Source: an uncultured Bacilli bacterium
GTDB taxonomy: Bacteria > Bacillota_I > Bacilli_A > RF39 > UBA660
Length of the DNA stretch: 43,409 nucleotides
Reading direction: 5' to 3'
NCBI GenBank assembly: GCA_947587115.1
Contig: CANPXY010000002.1
Span: 1 to 43,409 of the forward strand
The position numbers and the translations under genes were made by a program. The notes below the pieces were generated by a model. That model was not told the DNA's origin, ran no database searches, and saw nothing but the letters and a program-made list of their open reading frames with translations. This document shows positions 34,060 to 41,976 of the stretch, piece after piece. Numbering within the stretch: position 1 is the first letter of the stretch; each line of letters begins with the position of its first letter.

Positions 34060-35154
34060 ATGAACAGTGAACTTAGAAAACGATTGCTTATTTTTGGTGG
34101 TGTTGGTGTAGGGCTTGTCGTCGTAATTTTATTAATTGTATGGATTGTAAACTTAAACTCTGGCAGCAAAGTTAGTTTTGAGGAAGCGGAAGAGACATTA
34201 AAGGCAGCTGCGATTGCTTATTATAAGGACAATCAACAATTGTTGCCTAGTAATGGTGGAGAAGTAAGTGTGGAGGCCGCTGTTTTGGCGGATGATTACA
34301 TGAAACCTCTTAAAGAGATCGTACCAGAAGGAGCCAGTTGTACAGGAAAAGTTGTAGTAAAACAACAAGCAGATGGTTATTCTTATACCCCCTATTTAGA
34401 TTGTAAAGAGCAATATGCAACCAAAGAACTTTATAAAAAAATTTTAGAGGATCATCCAGTTGTAACTTCTTCTAGTGGTCTTTATGAAATCAATGGAGAA
34501 TATGTTTTCCGTGGTGAAGAAGTAGACAATTATGTTCAAATCGATGATAATATATTTCAAATTGTTAAAATTAATGCTGACAACGAGATTCAATTGCTCT
34601 TACAAAATTCTAAATTGAAATTTGCATGGGATGATCGTTACAATATCGATCGTAATCGAAATACTGGTATTAACAATTTTCTCATCAGTAGAATTCGTAC
34701 TTATCTAGAAGATTTATATGATAGTGACGCTTTATTTACAGACTTTTTGAAAGAACGCATGTCGACGATCGATCTTTGCTATGGCAAAAGAGATCCGAAT
34801 TCTTCTATAAATGATGGTTCAGTAGAGTGTGCTCAAGTTTTGCCTTCTCAGCATGTCGGTTTAATAACTACGCATGATTTCATGTTGGCAAGTCTTGATA
34901 GTTCTTGCCAGACAGCTCTTGATCCGCAGTGTCAAAATTACAATTATCTCGCTGCTTCATCAGAATCTAATTGGTGGACTTTGACTGCCTCTTCAAGTGA
35001 TACTTATCGTGTATACGTTGTTGTTTCATCAGGTTATCTTCAAGATAATCAGGCGTCTGGTAATTTATATGTTCGACCAGTAATCGAATTAAGTAATACA
35101 GTCATGTATAAGAGTGGCACTGGAACTAGTAGTGATCCATACATTATAAAATAA
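34060..35154 (+). CDS. signal-anchored surface protein, paralogue of 10545..12386 (pseudopilin-like N-module plus DUF6273-like domain)
   Basis: AAGAGG RBS before ATG 34060 (the ORF-track start at 33964 overlaps the rhodanese gene). TM helix LLIFGGVGVGLVVVILLIVWIV, then LKAAAIAYYKDNQQLLPSNGGEVSV...CTGKVVV...YTPYLDC. Ends NLYVRPVIELS...GTSSDPYIIK, like the repeats of the 615-aa protein. Confidence 0.65.
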   Translation: MNSELRKRLLIFGGVGVGLVVVILLIVWIVNLNSGSKVSFEEAEETLKAAAIAYYKDNQQLLPSNGGEVSVEAAVLADDYMKPLKEIVPEGASCTGKVVVKQQADGYSYTPYLDCKEQYATKELYKKILEDHPVVTSSSGLYEINGEYVFRGEEVDNYVQIDDNIFQIVKINADNEIQLLLQNSKLKFAWDDRYNIDRNRNTGINNFLISRIRTYLEDLYDSDALFTDFLKERMSTIDLCYGKRDPNSSINDGSVECAQVLPSQHVGLITTHDFMLASLDSSCQTALDPQCQNYNYLAASSESNWWTLTASSSDTYRVYVVVSSGYLQDNQASGNLYVRPVIELSNTVMYKSGTGTSSDPYIIK

Positions 35155-35160
35155 AAAATG

Positions 35161-35192
35161 AAATGATTTCAAAAAGAAATCATTTTTCTTTT
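35161..35192 (+). terminator. rho-independent terminator
   Basis: AAATGATTTC-AAAAA-GAAATCATTT (35161..35185) followed by TTCTTTT. Confidence 0.7.
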
Positions 35193-35234
35193 AAAAAGCT
35201 TACAATTATAATATAATAAATTATAGGTGATAAA

Positions 35235-35813
35235 GTGAAAGATACAGTCGATCTAGCTGTAACCTATATGACAACTTTACTAAAGACTTTTGGACCGTTC
35301 TCAGGAATTTTGCTTGTATTATTAGAGTCCATTTTACCGATCCTTCCGTTAGGAGTTTTTATAACATTAAACATTAATGCTTTTGGGTTCCTATTTGGTT
35401 TTTTACTTTCTTGGATGGCAACTTGTATAGGCTGTATTTTATCTTTCTATTGTTGTCGCCTATGGTTTAGTAAGAGCTTCTTGCGCTTTGTTTCGAAAAA
35501 ATCGAAACATCTCAAAGAAGTGGCGGAACGGATCAGTAAGATTCCTTTTACGAATTTGGTCGTGTTGATCGCCTTACCGTTTACTCCAGCATTCTTAATC
35601 AATATTGCTTCAGGATTATCGAAAATGAATACTGAAAAGTTTGTGGTAGCTGTCTTACTTGGAAAACTTTCTATTGTGTACTTTTGGGGCTATATTGGTA
35701 AAAGCATTCTCGAGAGTGTGACTGATATTCGAACGATCATCATCATTACGATCTTATTGTCGATTGCTTATTTTATATCGAAGTTGATCGGGAAAAAATT
35801 AAAGATAGAATAG
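35235..35813 (+). CDS. TVP38/TMEM64 (DedA-related, VTT-domain) membrane protein
   Basis: GTG start with an AGGTGA RBS. LLESILPILPLGVFITLNINAFGFLFGFLLSWMATCIGCILSFYCCRLW and PFTPAFLINIASGLS resemble the VTT/SNARE-associated domain. Confidence 0.65.
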   Translation: MKDTVDLAVTYMTTLLKTFGPFSGILLVLLESILPILPLGVFITLNINAFGFLFGFLLSWMATCIGCILSFYCCRLWFSKSFLRFVSKKSKHLKEVAERISKIPFTNLVVLIALPFTPAFLINIASGLSKMNTEKFVVAVLLGKLSIVYFWGYIGKSILESVTDIRTIIIITILLSIAYFISKLIGKKLKIE

Positions 35814-35824
35814 GGTGTGATAAA

Positions 35825-36913
35825 ATGGATTATATTGTGATTGGTCTATTGATACTATTGGTTATTTTAGTAGTAATTTCTTTATTTAAAAATATTAATG
35901 AAAGTAATATTACGGAGCGACTTGGTAGATTCGAAGTAGAAATCACTAAAGAGATGGGACAATTTAAGTCGGATTTGAGTAAAGAGTTGCAGCAGGACTT
36001 TACGGGTCTCAACGAGCAAGTGGAAAAGCGATTGATGTTGATCAACGAGAAAGTGAACGAGCGTTTGGATCAAAATTTTGACAAGACCAACAAGACTTTT
36101 CAATCGGTATTAGAGCGATTGAGTAAAATCGATGAAGCGCAGAAAAAGATTGAGACATTGTCCAGCGATATTGTCTCACTTCAGAGTATTTTGACAGATA
36201 AGAAGAGTCGTGGAATCTTTGGCGAAGTCAACTTGAAGCATATTTTGACCAGTGTCTTTGGTGAAAAAAATGATCGCATTTATCAACTTCAATATACACT
36301 TCCTAATGGAACGATTGCAGATTCTATTCTTTTTGCTCCAGAACCTTTGGGTACGATTGCGATTGATTCCAAGTTTCCACTTGAACATTATCAATTGATG
36401 GTGGATAAGAAACTTTCGGTTTCTGAGCGAGAGATGTATGAAAAACAGTTTAAGATGGATGTCAAAAAACATATTGATGCGATCGAGGCGAAGTATATCA
36501 TCCCTGGTGTCACTGCCGAACAGGCCATCATGTTTTTACCGGCAGAGGCGATCTTTGCGGAGATCAATGCTTATCATCAGGATTTGATCGACTATGCCTA
36601 TCAAAGAAAAGTTTGGATCACTTCTCCTACGACCTTAATCAGTACGCTTACCGTTATCCAGATGGTGATTAAAAATATGGAACGAGATCATTATACTTCG
36701 ATCATTCATGAAGAGTTGAACAAATTGGGTCTGGAGTTTGCTCGTTATCGTGAACGTTGGGATAAACTTTCCCGCAGTATTCAAGCCGTCAATCGAGATG
36801 TCGAAAATGTTTCGATTACGACTGATAAAATTACTAAGAAGTTTGATTTGATCAATCAAGTAGAAGTAGGGAAATTAAAGGAGGAGGAAGACGATGTGGA
36901 AACTGTTCAATAG
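35825..36913 (+). CDS. rmuC: DNA recombination protein RmuC
   Basis: N-terminal TM helix, a long coiled coil, then SRGIFGEVNLKHILTSVFGE...YQLQYTLPNGTIADSILFAPEPLGTIAIDSKFPLEHY and MFLPAEAIFAEI, which are typical RmuC motifs. Confidence 0.9.
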   Translation: MDYIVIGLLILLVILVVISLFKNINESNITERLGRFEVEITKEMGQFKSDLSKELQQDFTGLNEQVEKRLMLINEKVNERLDQNFDKTNKTFQSVLERLSKIDEAQKKIETLSSDIVSLQSILTDKKSRGIFGEVNLKHILTSVFGEKNDRIYQLQYTLPNGTIADSILFAPEPLGTIAIDSKFPLEHYQLMVDKKLSVSEREMYEKQFKMDVKKHIDAIEAKYIIPGVTAEQAIMFLPAEAIFAEINAYHQDLIDYAYQRKVWITSPTTLISTLTVIQMVIKNMERDHYTSIIHEELNKLGLEFARYRERWDKLSRSIQAVNRDVENVSITTDKITKKFDLINQVEVGKLKEEEDDVETVQ

Positions 36914-37499
36914 ATTGTTTATCATTCTGTTTATCGTTATTGGAATCTTTTATTTTTATGATCAGTTGTCAAGAGGGATCTATGATCGTTTGTTGATTGG
37001 TTTTGCCATTATCCCTGTACTTTTTGGACCTTGGATCATTTCTAAATTGTTTCACTATCAACTAGGAGATGTACTTCAGTTCTGTTATTATGCCTTTGCT
37101 TTTTTAGGCTTGATCTTGGGAAGTATCTTGCGATTCTATCAACTATATCCTGGATATGATAAGTTTGTCCACTTTATTTCTGGGGTAATTACTGCCGTGG
37201 TTGCGCTGTTGTTTTTAAAAAAATCCGGAACCAATACGGCCAAGACGCCTCTATGGTTTCAAATCTTTTTTCTCATCTGTTTTTCTTTAGCGATTGCTGG
37301 CATTTGGGAATTCTTTGAATTCTTTTGTGATCACATCACTGGTGGCGACTGTCAATATGTTGTGGCGACTGGAGTCCACGATACTATGGAAGATATGTTG
37401 GTAGCATTCTTGGGCAGCATTTTATTTGGAGTCTATTATTACTTTGAAATGCGTCGTGGGAAAAATAATCGAATCCAGCAACTTGAAAAATATTTTTAA
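36894..37499 (+). CDS. YjdF/DUF2238-like membrane protein
   Basis: Motif order YDKFVHFISG, IWEFFEFFCD, GVHDTMEDM parallels E. coli YjdF (YDRIVHFLFG, YELIEW, DIWDAQKDM) as I recall it. Multi-TM. Overlaps the rmuC 3' end by 20 nt. Confidence 0.55.
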   Translation: MWKLFNRLFIILFIVIGIFYFYDQLSRGIYDRLLIGFAIIPVLFGPWIISKLFHYQLGDVLQFCYYAFAFLGLILGSILRFYQLYPGYDKFVHFISGVITAVVALLFLKKSGTNTAKTPLWFQIFFLICFSLAIAGIWEFFEFFCDHITGGDCQYVVATGVHDTMEDMLVAFLGSILFGVYYYFEMRRGKNNRIQQLEKYF

Positions 37500-37522
37500 A
37501 ATGGGGCAACCCATTTTTCTTT
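37499..37522 (+). terminator. rho-independent terminator
   Basis: AAATGGG-GCAA-CCCATTT followed by TTCTTT. Confidence 0.65.
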
Positions 37523-37607
37523 CGTATAAAATAAAATAATTTTTATATACTATAACTATCAATACTAAAAGTAAGAAGAGGTTAATACACTAGAATAGGT
37601 GGAACAG

Positions 37608-37832
37608 ATGGGAACTAGAATCTTCTTTTTTCTATTGGGATTTGGCTTGATGGTCATCGGGTGTACTTACATGATCACCTATTTAAATTTATTATCGCTC
37701 GGTTATTCTTTTTGGGAATACTTTCAGTATATTTTAAAACGAAGTGAGTGTCTGTGTTTTGGTTTGGGTTTTTTAACTTCGACACTTGCCATTTTTGTGA
37801 AAGGTGGAGAACGACATGATCTACATTTATGA
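37608..37832 (+). CDS. small two-TM membrane protein, hypothetical
   Basis: AGGTGG RBS 5 nt before ATG 37608 (the ORF opens at GTG 37599). Overlaps the next gene. Confidence 0.5.
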   Translation: MGTRIFFFLLGFGLMVIGCTYMITYLNLLSLGYSFWEYFQYILKRSECLCFGLGFLTSTLAIFVKGGERHDLHL

Positions 37833-38472
37833 CATTTTACTTAATTGGACAGATACAGATAAAATCTATGAATTTTTTGAATGGTTACCGAATGATTCTA
37901 TTGAACATATTAAGAAGATGCCCTTACTTAAAGTCGACAGTGCTCTAATACAATCTCTACTCGAGGGAGTCGTGCAAATAGATGCTTCTTTTTTAAGTGA
38001 GATTGACGATAAAAGTGAAATTTTTTGTGAGAAAAGTACGGAAACGATCGCTTATGCTTGTCTATTTACCGATGCCAAACGAGTCATTGCGGTAGAATTT
38101 GATCCCGATGGGAGAAGTATCTATCGCAGCCATCTGTTGTTGGATGAAGAAGTAGAAATTTTAGAGATTGCGGAACGATTATCTTTACAGGAATTATCTT
38201 ATCAGGTTTTATCTAAGAATGCTTCTTCTACCTTCTTTACTCGCGAAGAACAGATGCGTAAACGTTATTTGCTTCGGGAATTCAAGAATACTTATCAGAG
38301 TAAGAATTTACAAAAGATGGGATATTTATATTCTGAATATTTTACAGATTGCAAGGTGGATTTAAAAGAGATGTATCAAAACTTGATTGACAGTTTAAAT
38401 GAGGAATTTAATGAAAAGCATCAGCGCCTCTATCAGTTGTTGAAACTTTCTCATACTAAGAAACAGGTGTAG
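37816..38472 (+). CDS. conserved hypothetical cytoplasmic protein
   Basis: AAGGTGGAG RBS before ATG 37816 (the ORF-track GTG 37804 lies inside the RBS). The N-terminus MIYIYDILLNWTD...YEFFEW looks like a conserved Firmicutes family that I cannot name with confidence. Confidence 0.55.
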   Translation: MIYIYDILLNWTDTDKIYEFFEWLPNDSIEHIKKMPLLKVDSALIQSLLEGVVQIDASFLSEIDDKSEIFCEKSTETIAYACLFTDAKRVIAVEFDPDGRSIYRSHLLLDEEVEILEIAERLSLQELSYQVLSKNASSTFFTREEQMRKRYLLREFKNTYQSKNLQKMGYLYSEYFTDCKVDLKEMYQNLIDSLNEEFNEKHQRLYQLLKLSHTKKQV

Positions 38473-38485
38473 TCTTTAAAAAAGT

Positions 38486-38514
38486 TTGACAAAATGGGAA
38501 AGAAGCAGTATAAT
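38486..38514 (+). promoter_or_regulatory. consensus sigma-70 promoter of the gatCAB-aspS operon
   Basis: TTGACA (38486..38491), 17-nt spacer, TATAAT (38509..38514). Confidence 0.8.
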
Positions 38515-38519
38515 CTTGC

Positions 38520-38768
38520 TAGAAAACGGAGAAGAAGAGAAGTAGGAATCGAAATTTTTATAGAGAGTTGGAGTTTGGTGAAATCCAACAAAAGGACGGT
38601 TTTGAATAACACTTCGGAGTGCCTAAAGAAATCTTGATAAGAAAGTAGATTGGGCCGGCATCTAGGTAGGTGTCGTTAACATGAAAGTGATTATGGAAAC
38701 ATAATAAATTGGGTGGTACCGCGGATTACAGTAATTCGTCCCTTCAGGGGATGGATTACTGTTTTTTT
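38520..38768 (+). promoter_or_regulatory. T-box riboswitch leader, specifier most likely AAC (Asn)
   Basis: Stem I start GGAGAAGAAGAGAAGTAGGAA, AG bay TAGAGAG, distal loop TGGTGAAA. Specifier region GAAT-AAC-ACTTCGGAG (AAC at 38608..38610 followed by A) aligns with B. subtilis glyQS GAA-GGC-ACUUCGAG as I remember it. Canonical T-box AAATTGGGTGGTACCGCG at 38706..38723. Terminator hairpin 38729..38761 plus T7 (38762..38768), 19 nt before the gatC ATG. Confidence 0.85.
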
Positions 38769-38787
38769 CTGATAAGAAGGTGAAAAT

Positions 38788-39084
38788 ATGATAGAAAAAG
38801 AAAAATTACAAGATTATGCACGAAAGTTGATGTTTGAGATGAGTGATGAAGAATATACGACACTTCAAAAAGAGTTCGATATCATTTTAAAGCAGATGGA
38901 TTTGATTGGGAAGATTCCTAATATCAGTGAAGTGCAACCGATGACGTTTCCTTTTGTGACTTATCAACAACAGTTGCGTGAAGACGAAGAGGCACAAGAA
39001 GGAGTCTTAGTTGTCAGTGAAGTTTTGAAAAATGTCAAGCACGAAGTTTCAAATCAAGTGAAAGTGCCAAAGGTGGTGGAATAA
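38788..39084 (+). CDS. gatC: Asp-tRNA(Asn)/Glu-tRNA(Gln) amidotransferase subunit C
   Basis: 98 aa with an AAGGTGA RBS. Position and TAATG overlap with gatA. The end ...VSNQVKVPKVVE is typical of GatC. Confidence 0.9.
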   Translation: MIEKEKLQDYARKLMFEMSDEEYTTLQKEFDIILKQMDLIGKIPNISEVQPMTFPFVTYQQQLREDEEAQEGVLVVSEVLKNVKHEVSNQVKVPKVVE

Positions 39085-40541
39085 TGGATTATCAACATCA
39101 GACTATTATGGATTTAAGAAAACAGTTGGATGATGGTACTTGTACTTCTGAAGAATTATTTCAGACGGCGCTTGATCTCGCGAAAAAGTATCAGGAGTCT
39201 GACAATAGTTTTGTTACGATCACTCCAGAATTTAAACAGAAGAAGTCACAAAGTCTTTTGAATGGAATACCTTATGGACTTAAGGATAACTTTTCTACTG
39301 CCAACATCTTGACGACAGCATCTAGCAACATTTTAAAAGATTATATTCCGCCATATGATGCGACGGTCTATAAAAAGTTAAAGCAAAGTGGTGCGGTTTT
39401 GGTCGGTAAGACGACGCTCGATGAATTGGCCATGGGAGGAACTGGGACTACGGCTCATACGGGCGTCGTACGGAATCCTTGGGATGAACAGCGCTTAATC
39501 GGCGGCTCTTCCGCGGGAAGTGCTGCCTGTGTGGCACGAGGAATCGTACCTTTTGCCATTGGATCTGATACGGGAGATTCCATTCGTAAACCAGCTGCTT
39601 TTGGTGGCATTGTCGGTTTTAAACCAACCTACGGAAGAATTTCTCGTTATGGGTTGTTCGCTTTTGCTTCTAGTTTGGATCATGTTGGAACTTTGACACG
39701 CTGTGTGGAAGATGCAGCGATTGTGACGGATGTCTTAAAAGGAAAAGATCCTTTAGATATGACCAGTTTAGAAAATGAGGATTTAAATTATTATGAACAT
39801 CTTCATGATGATATCAAGGGTCGAAAACTTTTCTATTTTAAAGAAACTTGTGATCTTGAAAATTATTCTGCAGAGGATGAAGAAGTAATCGCTGTTTTAA
39901 CGAAGTTTCATGAATTGCTCGATCGGTTACGTAAAGAGGGTTTTGAAATCGAAGGAATTTCTTTTGGAAAAGATTTATTAAATGCGATCTATCCATCTTA
40001 TATGACGATCTCTTGTGCGGAAGCAACTAGCAATAATGCCAATTTGACGGGAATTCAGTTTGGTCCTCGTGGAGAAGGCAGCAGCATTGAAGAGATCATG
40101 TTTGATGCTCGAACGAAAGGTTTTTCGGAGCTCATCAAACGTCGCTTTATCTTAGGTAGTTATATCTTGCAAAAAGAAAATCAAGAGCGTCTTTTCTTAA
40201 ATGCGGGTCGAGTTCGGCGCTTGATCGTCGATCGAATGAACAAGTTGTTTGAAACTTACGACGGGCTCATCATGCCCGCAAGCGGAGGCATTGCTCCGAA
40301 ATTTGGAGAGCGCAGTGATGAATTGTCTGAACGTTATCTATTGTTAGAAAACCATTTGGCACTCGGTAATTTTGGAGGTTTTCCAAGTATCACGCTTCCT
40401 ATGGGATTCCTTCACGGAATGCCACTGGGCATTAATTTGACAGGACGCATCAAGGAAGATGGAGTCGTTTTGACCATGGCTCAAAAAATCGAAGATGTTG
40501 CTGGATATCGTGGAATAGTGGCAGGTGATCAAAATGTATAA
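39084..40541 (+). CDS. gatA: Asp-tRNA(Asn)/Glu-tRNA(Gln) amidotransferase subunit A
   Basis: Amidase signature GGSSAGSAACVA...GSDTGDSIRKPAAFGGIVGFKPTYGRISRYG. 485 aa. Confidence 0.95.
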   Translation: MDYQHQTIMDLRKQLDDGTCTSEELFQTALDLAKKYQESDNSFVTITPEFKQKKSQSLLNGIPYGLKDNFSTANILTTASSNILKDYIPPYDATVYKKLKQSGAVLVGKTTLDELAMGGTGTTAHTGVVRNPWDEQRLIGGSSAGSAACVARGIVPFAIGSDTGDSIRKPAAFGGIVGFKPTYGRISRYGLFAFASSLDHVGTLTRCVEDAAIVTDVLKGKDPLDMTSLENEDLNYYEHLHDDIKGRKLFYFKETCDLENYSAEDEEVIAVLTKFHELLDRLRKEGFEIEGISFGKDLLNAIYPSYMTISCAEATSNNANLTGIQFGPRGEGSSIEEIMFDARTKGFSELIKRRFILGSYILQKENQERLFLNAGRVRRLIVDRMNKLFETYDGLIMPASGGIAPKFGERSDELSERYLLLENHLALGNFGGFPSITLPMGFLHGMPLGINLTGRIKEDGVVLTMAQKIEDVAGYRGIVAGDQNV

Positions 40542-41976
40542 AGTAGTCATTGGTTTGGAAGTACACTGTGAAGTAAAGACAAAGACTAAAAATTTTTCTA
40601 ACAGTATCAATACATATTCTACCGTTCCAAACGAGCATGTTTCGACGGTAGATTTAGGACTTCCTGGAATTTTGCCAGTACCGAACAAAGAGGCTGTTCG
40701 TAAGGCCCTCAAGACGGCGATGGCTCTTAACTGTAAGAATCCAGATGAAGTAATTTTTGATCGAAAAAATTATTTTTATCCTGATCTTCCTAAAGGGTAT
40801 CAGATTACACAGGTGACGAAGCCTTGTGGTATTCAAGGTTACTTAGATATCTTTGTAGGAGAAGAAGAAAAAAGAGTCTATATCCATCAGTTGCACCTAG
40901 AAGAGGATACGGCTTCTTTGGAGCACTTTGCAAATTATTCGTTGATCGATTATAACCGCAGTGGCATTCCACTGATGGAGATCGTTACAGAGCCTTGTAT
41001 TTCTTCCGCCGATGAGGCCGTTAGCTTTTTGGAAGCTCTTCGCAATATCTTCTTATATTGTGGAGTAAGTGAAGCGCGAAGTGATAAAGGACAGATGCGA
41101 TGTGACGTCAATATTTCGTTGATGAAAGAAGGCGATACCAAGCTGGGAACTAAGGTGGAGATGAAGAATATCAATGCCTTTACTAGCGTGCGTGCCGCCA
41201 TCGAATACGAAATCAAACGTCAAAGTGAGATTCTAGATCAGGGAGGAACGATCAAGCAAGAGACTCGTCGAATCGATGAAGATGGCAAGACGTACTCAAT
41301 GCGAGAGAAAGTGGATGCCATCGATTATAAATATTTTATCGAACCGAATATTCCTCCTGTGAAATTGACACCAGAATATTTAGATGAGATCAGAAAAGAA
41401 ATTCCGGTCTTAGAGTTTGCGCGCATTAAAAAATATCAAAATGATTTTGGACTTAGTTTCTATGATGCGACAGTGTTGGCGAAAGATCGGGGAATTGCCG
41501 ATTATTTTGAAGAAGTCATCCAAGAAGGAGCAGAACCGATTGATGCAGCAAGTTGGGTCATGACGGTCGTTTTGGGGACGCTTAATAAACTCGAAATTCC
41601 TTTGACGGAGTTGTTTATTACACCGAAGATGTTAGCGGGTGTTCTGCGCTTGATCCGGCAAGATAAGATCTCTTTGAATCATGGTAAGAAAATCATCTAT
41701 CAGGCGATCGAAGAGAAAAAAGATCCACTGGTGATCATCGAGGAGAATCACATTGAACAGATCAAAGATGATCAGTTGATTTTACAACATGTTCAAAAAG
41801 CGATTGAGGAAAATCCGGAACAAGTTCGTCAGTATATTGAAGAAGGTAAAGACTATGTCAAAAACTTCTTTGTCGGAAAGGTGATGCAGGCGACCAATCG
41901 TCAGGCGGATCCCAAAGTGACGCTTGAACTTATTATACAAGAATTAGAAAAGAGGAAAGCAAATGAAGGAAAATAA
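40534..41976 (+). CDS. gatB: Asp-tRNA(Asn)/Glu-tRNA(Gln) amidotransferase subunit B
   Basis: YKVVIGLEVHCEV, GLPGILPVPNKEAV, DRKNYFYPDLPKGYQITQ, HLEEDTA and RCDVNIS. AGGTGA RBS 7 nt before ATG 40534 (the ORF opens at GTG 40525). Overlaps the gatA stop codon. Confidence 0.95.
   Translation: MYKVVIGLEVHCEVKTKTKNFSNSINTYSTVPNEHVSTVDLGLPGILPVPNKEAVRKALKTAMALNCKNPDEVIFDRKNYFYPDLPKGYQITQVTKPCGIQGYLDIFVGEEEKRVYIHQLHLEEDTASLEHFANYSLIDYNRSGIPLMEIVTEPCISSADEAVSFLEALRNIFLYCGVSEARSDKGQMRCDVNISLMKEGDTKLGTKVEMKNINAFTSVRAAIEYEIKRQSEILDQGGTIKQETRRIDEDGKTYSMREKVDAIDYKYFIEPNIPPVKLTPEYLDEIRKEIPVLEFARIKKYQNDFGLSFYDATVLAKDRGIADYFEEVIQEGAEPIDAASWVMTVVLGTLNKLEIPLTELFITPKMLAGVLRLIRQDKISLNHGKKIIYQAIEEKKDPLVIIEENHIEQIKDDQLILQHVQKAIEENPEQVRQYIEEGKDYVKNFFVGKVMQATNRQADPKVTLELIIQELEKRKANEGK

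Noticed and set aside
8403-35234. Direct repeats or att-like sites bracketing the Tad/T4SS locus
   Set aside because: I compared the spacers 8403..8964, 33645..33698 and 35155..35234 by eye and saw only terminators and promoters, with no shared repeat of 12 nt or more. A computed repeat search is needed to exclude short att sites.
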